From the NCBI RefSeq assembly GCF_001194135.2, contig NC_068986.1, positions 49,640,885 through 49,679,102 on the forward strand: a DNA stretch of 38,218 nt, written 5' to 3'. The stretch comes from Octopus bimaculoides. Taxonomy: Eukaryota. The notes under the pieces are model-generated. The model did not search any database and had not been told where the DNA came from. It was given only the letters and a program-made list of their open reading frames with translations. The position numbers and the translations under genes were made by a program. Of the stretch, positions 35,544 to 38,218 are shown one piece after another; position 1 is the first letter of the stretch; every line of letters begins with the position of its first letter.

Positions 35544-35923
35544 NNNNNNNNNNNNNNNNNNNNNNNNNNNNNNNNNNNNNNNNNNNNNNNNNNNNNNNNN
35601 NNNNNNNNNNNNNNNNNNNNNNNNNNNNNNNNNNNNNNNNNNNNNNNNNNNNNNNNNNNNNNNNNNNNNNNNNNNNNNNNNNNNNNNNNNNNNNNNNNNN
35701 NNNNNNNNNNNNNNNNNNNNNNNNNNNNNNNNNNNNNNNNNNNNNNNNNNNNNNNNNNNNNNNNNNNNNNNNNNNNNNNNNNNNNNNNNNNNNNNNNNNN
35801 NNNNNNNNNNNNNNNNNNNNNNNNNNNNNNNNNNNNNNNNNNNNNNNNNNNNNNNNNNNNNNNNNNNNNNNNNNNNNNNNNNNNNNNNNNNNNNNNNNNN
35901 NNNNNNNNNNNNNNNNNNNNNNN

Positions 35924-36200
35924 GTGTACCCTTAACGTAGTTCTCGGGGATATTCAGAGGGACACAGTGTGACGAGGCTGACCCTTTGAATTACAGGCAC
36001 AACAGAAACAGGAAGTAAGAGTGAGAGAAAGTTGTGGTGAAAGAGTACAGTAGGATTCGCTACCATCCCCTGCCGGAGCCTCGTGGAGCTTTTAGGTGTT
36101 TTCGCTCAATAAACACTCACAACGCACAGTATGGGAATCGAAACCGCGATCCTATGACCGCGAGTCCGCTGCCCTAACCACTGGGTCATTGCGCCTCCAC
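35924..36200 (-). mobile_element. SINE family C (tRNA head), 3' end lost in the gap
   Basis: Minus strand TGGAGGCGCAATGACCCAGTGGTTAGGGCAGCGGACTCGCGG..GGTTTCGATTCCC: A and B boxes present, CpG-rich. Confidence 0.85.
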
Positions 36201-36204
36201 TAGG

Positions 36205-36330
36205 TTCGGCAAAAGAAACTGATAGAAAAAGTACTGGGTTTTGAAAGAATAAGTCCTGGGGTCAATTTGTCCAACTGAAAACCCTTCAAGGCGGTGCTCT
36301 GGATGACTGAAACAAGTAAAAGAATAAAAA
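36205..36330 (+). mobile_element. SINE family A tail fragment
   Basis: GGTTCGGCAAAAG..GAATAAGTCCTGGGGTC..GACTGAAACAAGTAAAAG. Confidence 0.75.
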
Positions 36331-36434
36331 GAGAAAAGGATGATGGTGACAGTGCAGGAGGTGGAGGAAGAAGGGTGGATGTATGGATATATATATATAT
36401 TATATACCAGTGAAATGATAGGAAAGTAAAGTGG

Positions 36435-37000
36435 AGGTGCATGCATGGCTTAGTGGTTAAGGGTATTGGACTCATGATTGTAAGAAGGTGGTTTCAATTC
36501 CTGGACCAAGCGATGCATTGTGCCAGCAGTAATTACTCAGGGTAGGCAGTTGGTGACCTTTATAGAACAAAACACACAAAAAATAAATGAAACACAAGGA
36601 AACGATTGAGTTGAAGGCAGATTTACTTTTGCCTTTATAGCATGTAAAGAAAACGGTGTTGTAGGAGTGTATACAGCATGTGTACTACAGCAGTACTATG
36701 CATCGCTTAAATACTAAGATTGAAAAGCAGGGGCGAATTATACATACCTAATAATCTACAAAAATATAAAATATTTTGTATTTTATGCATAGTAATCAGA
36801 GTAACCTTCATAGTTATATTGAACTAAGTGCATATTTTGCCATAAAAGGAGAATGTTGTTATCGATCTATTTTATTCAAGGTAGGCACTGCCTACCTTGC
36901 CTACCTGGGTTGCACGTCCCTGCATTGTGCTCTCAAGCAAACCACTTAATTCCACGTTGCTCCAGTTCACTCAGCTGCCAACAATGAATAGCCTTGTGAC
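36435..37000 (+). mobile_element. SINE family D, 5' part, interrupted by a hAT MITE
   Basis: Head TGGCTTAGTGGTTAAG..GTTTCAATTCCTGGACC resumes after 36930 as CTCAAGCAAACCACTTAATTCCACGTTGCTCCAGTTCACTCAGCTG. Confidence 0.8.
36524..36922. mobile_element. hAT-superfamily MITE, 399 bp
   Basis: Perfect 8-bp TSD CATTGTGC (36516-36523, 36923-36930); CAG...CTG ends; GGTAGGCA subterminal motifs at both ends. Confidence 0.85.
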
Positions 37001-37094
37001 CTCAGTGGAATCTGAGCCTAGAATGTGAAAAGCCAGAAGATATACCCACTAAACATTTTGTCCAACATGGTTACAATACTACCACCTTGCTGCC

Positions 37095-37162
<68 letters not shown>

Positions 37163-37189
37163 TAATAATAATAAAAAAACTTTCAACTA

Positions 37190-37410
37190 AAGACACAAAG
37201 CCAGCAATTTTGGGAAAAGAGGTTAAGTCAACTACTACTGCTAAGCATCTTGACCAGTGTGCTAACAATTCTGCCAGCTATAGCCACCTTAACAATCACA
37301 ATGACGGCAGCAGCAGCAACAACTTCAAATTTTGGCACAAGGTCAGCAATTTTGGGGGAGGGAATAAGACAATTACATTGACCCCAGTGTTCAACTGGTG
37401 CTAATTTTAT
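37190..37410 (-). mobile_element. Two tandem SINE family B pieces after (AAT)n
   Basis: 37190-37285 is internally deleted; 37325-37410 is cut by the family D insertion. Confidence 0.75.
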
Positions 37411-37801
37411 GACCATAGGTGCACCTTCGAGGTTCCCCTCTGGGGTACAAGTCTGGACGGAAAGTCAACTCACTGACAAACATACAACCTAGGGTTGTTT
37501 TTATGGAAGACCAGCAGTTGCCCATGCATACCAGCCTCCCCTCTCTATGCCACCGATGTTGTCCAAGAGAAAGGCAAATGCCAATACAGCTTGACACCAA
37601 TGAAGTACCAGTTGCGTACTGGAGTCGATCTAATCAACTGGACACCAATGATGTTGCAACTCATTTCTACAGCTGAATGAACTGGAGCAACATGAAATAA
37701 AGTGTCTTGCTCAAGAACACAACACGCAGCCCAGTCTGGGAATCAAACTCACAACCTCACAATTGTAAGATCGACACTCTAATCACTGAGCCATGTCTTC
37801 A
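37411..37801 (-). mobile_element. SINE family D, full length with TSD
   Basis: 10-bp TSD CTAATTTTAT (37401-37410, 37802-37811); tRNA head TGGCTCAGTGATTAG..GAGTTTGATTCCC; TTGAGCAAGACACTT block. Confidence 0.9.
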
Positions 37802-37824
37802 CTAATTTTATTACAATGATATTC

Positions 37825-38032
37825 TCTTTTACTCTTTTACTTGTTTCAGTCATTTGACTGTGGCCATGATGGAGCACCGCCTTTAGTCAAGCAAATCGAC
37901 CTCAGGACTTATTCTTTGTAAGCCTGGTACTTATTCTATCGGTTTCTTTCGCCGAACTGCTAAGTTACGAGGACGTAAACACACCAGCATCGGTTGTCAA
38001 GCGATGTTGGGGGGACAAACATAGACACACAA
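37825..38032 (-). mobile_element. SINE family A, 3' half
   Basis: Reverse complement of the A tail. Confidence 0.85.
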
Positions 38033-38218
38033 ACAAAAAAGGTAACATCTGAAATTTAGTGCAAATGGTAGTTTAGCAATATGGCAGAAGGGTGGTGTGG
38101 TAAGGGAAGGCGAAACAACAAGGGGAAAAAGGTGAAGGAAAAAGGGTATGGAGGAAGCGAGAGGTAAATACCACGACAATCACCATCACCATCATGGTTT
38201 TCAGTCACTACCATTCTC

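Noticed and set aside
389-35972. Most ORFs in the six-frame track (poly-HT, CV, YI, T, V, SL and X-rich)
   Set aside because: They are translations of (CA)n, (TA)n, (GA)n, trinucleotide tracts or N-gaps, with no domain content.
5333-37801. tRNA genes suggested by A/B boxes
   Set aside because: All are SINE heads that run into repeat bodies; none has a complete acceptor stem or a downstream T-run terminator.
1-38218. CRISPR array or prokaryotic system
   Set aside because: No constant repeats with unique equal-length spacers and no operon-like ORFs; the sequence is eukaryotic repeat-rich DNA.

Overview
Eukaryotic, AT-rich, extremely repeat- and microsatellite-dense DNA with nine N-gaps (~3.1 kb in total). 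The repeat families resemble those I recall from octopus (cephalopod) genomes; this is an inference, not a database result. I cannot support any intact protein-coding gene, and nearly all ORFs in the track are microsatellite or gap artefacts. The window reads as intron or intergenic DNA. It holds several tRNA-headed SINE families (labelled A-F here), 3' remnants of RTE, R4/Dong-like and possibly CR1/L2-like LINEs, hAT and piggyBac-like MITEs, a Helentron-like element and a TTAGGG-carrying DNA element. One candidate minus-strand exon (15557-15654) and one promoter-like island (~24.55-24.8 kb) are present. The most notable signals are RNA-structural: (1) a zero-spacer palindrome of two tRNA-headed elements whose tails carry a minimal type I hammerhead-ribozyme motif (5088-5575), and (2) a separate, nearly complete hammerhead at 2816-2876 (-) in a Penelope/retrozyme-like segment.
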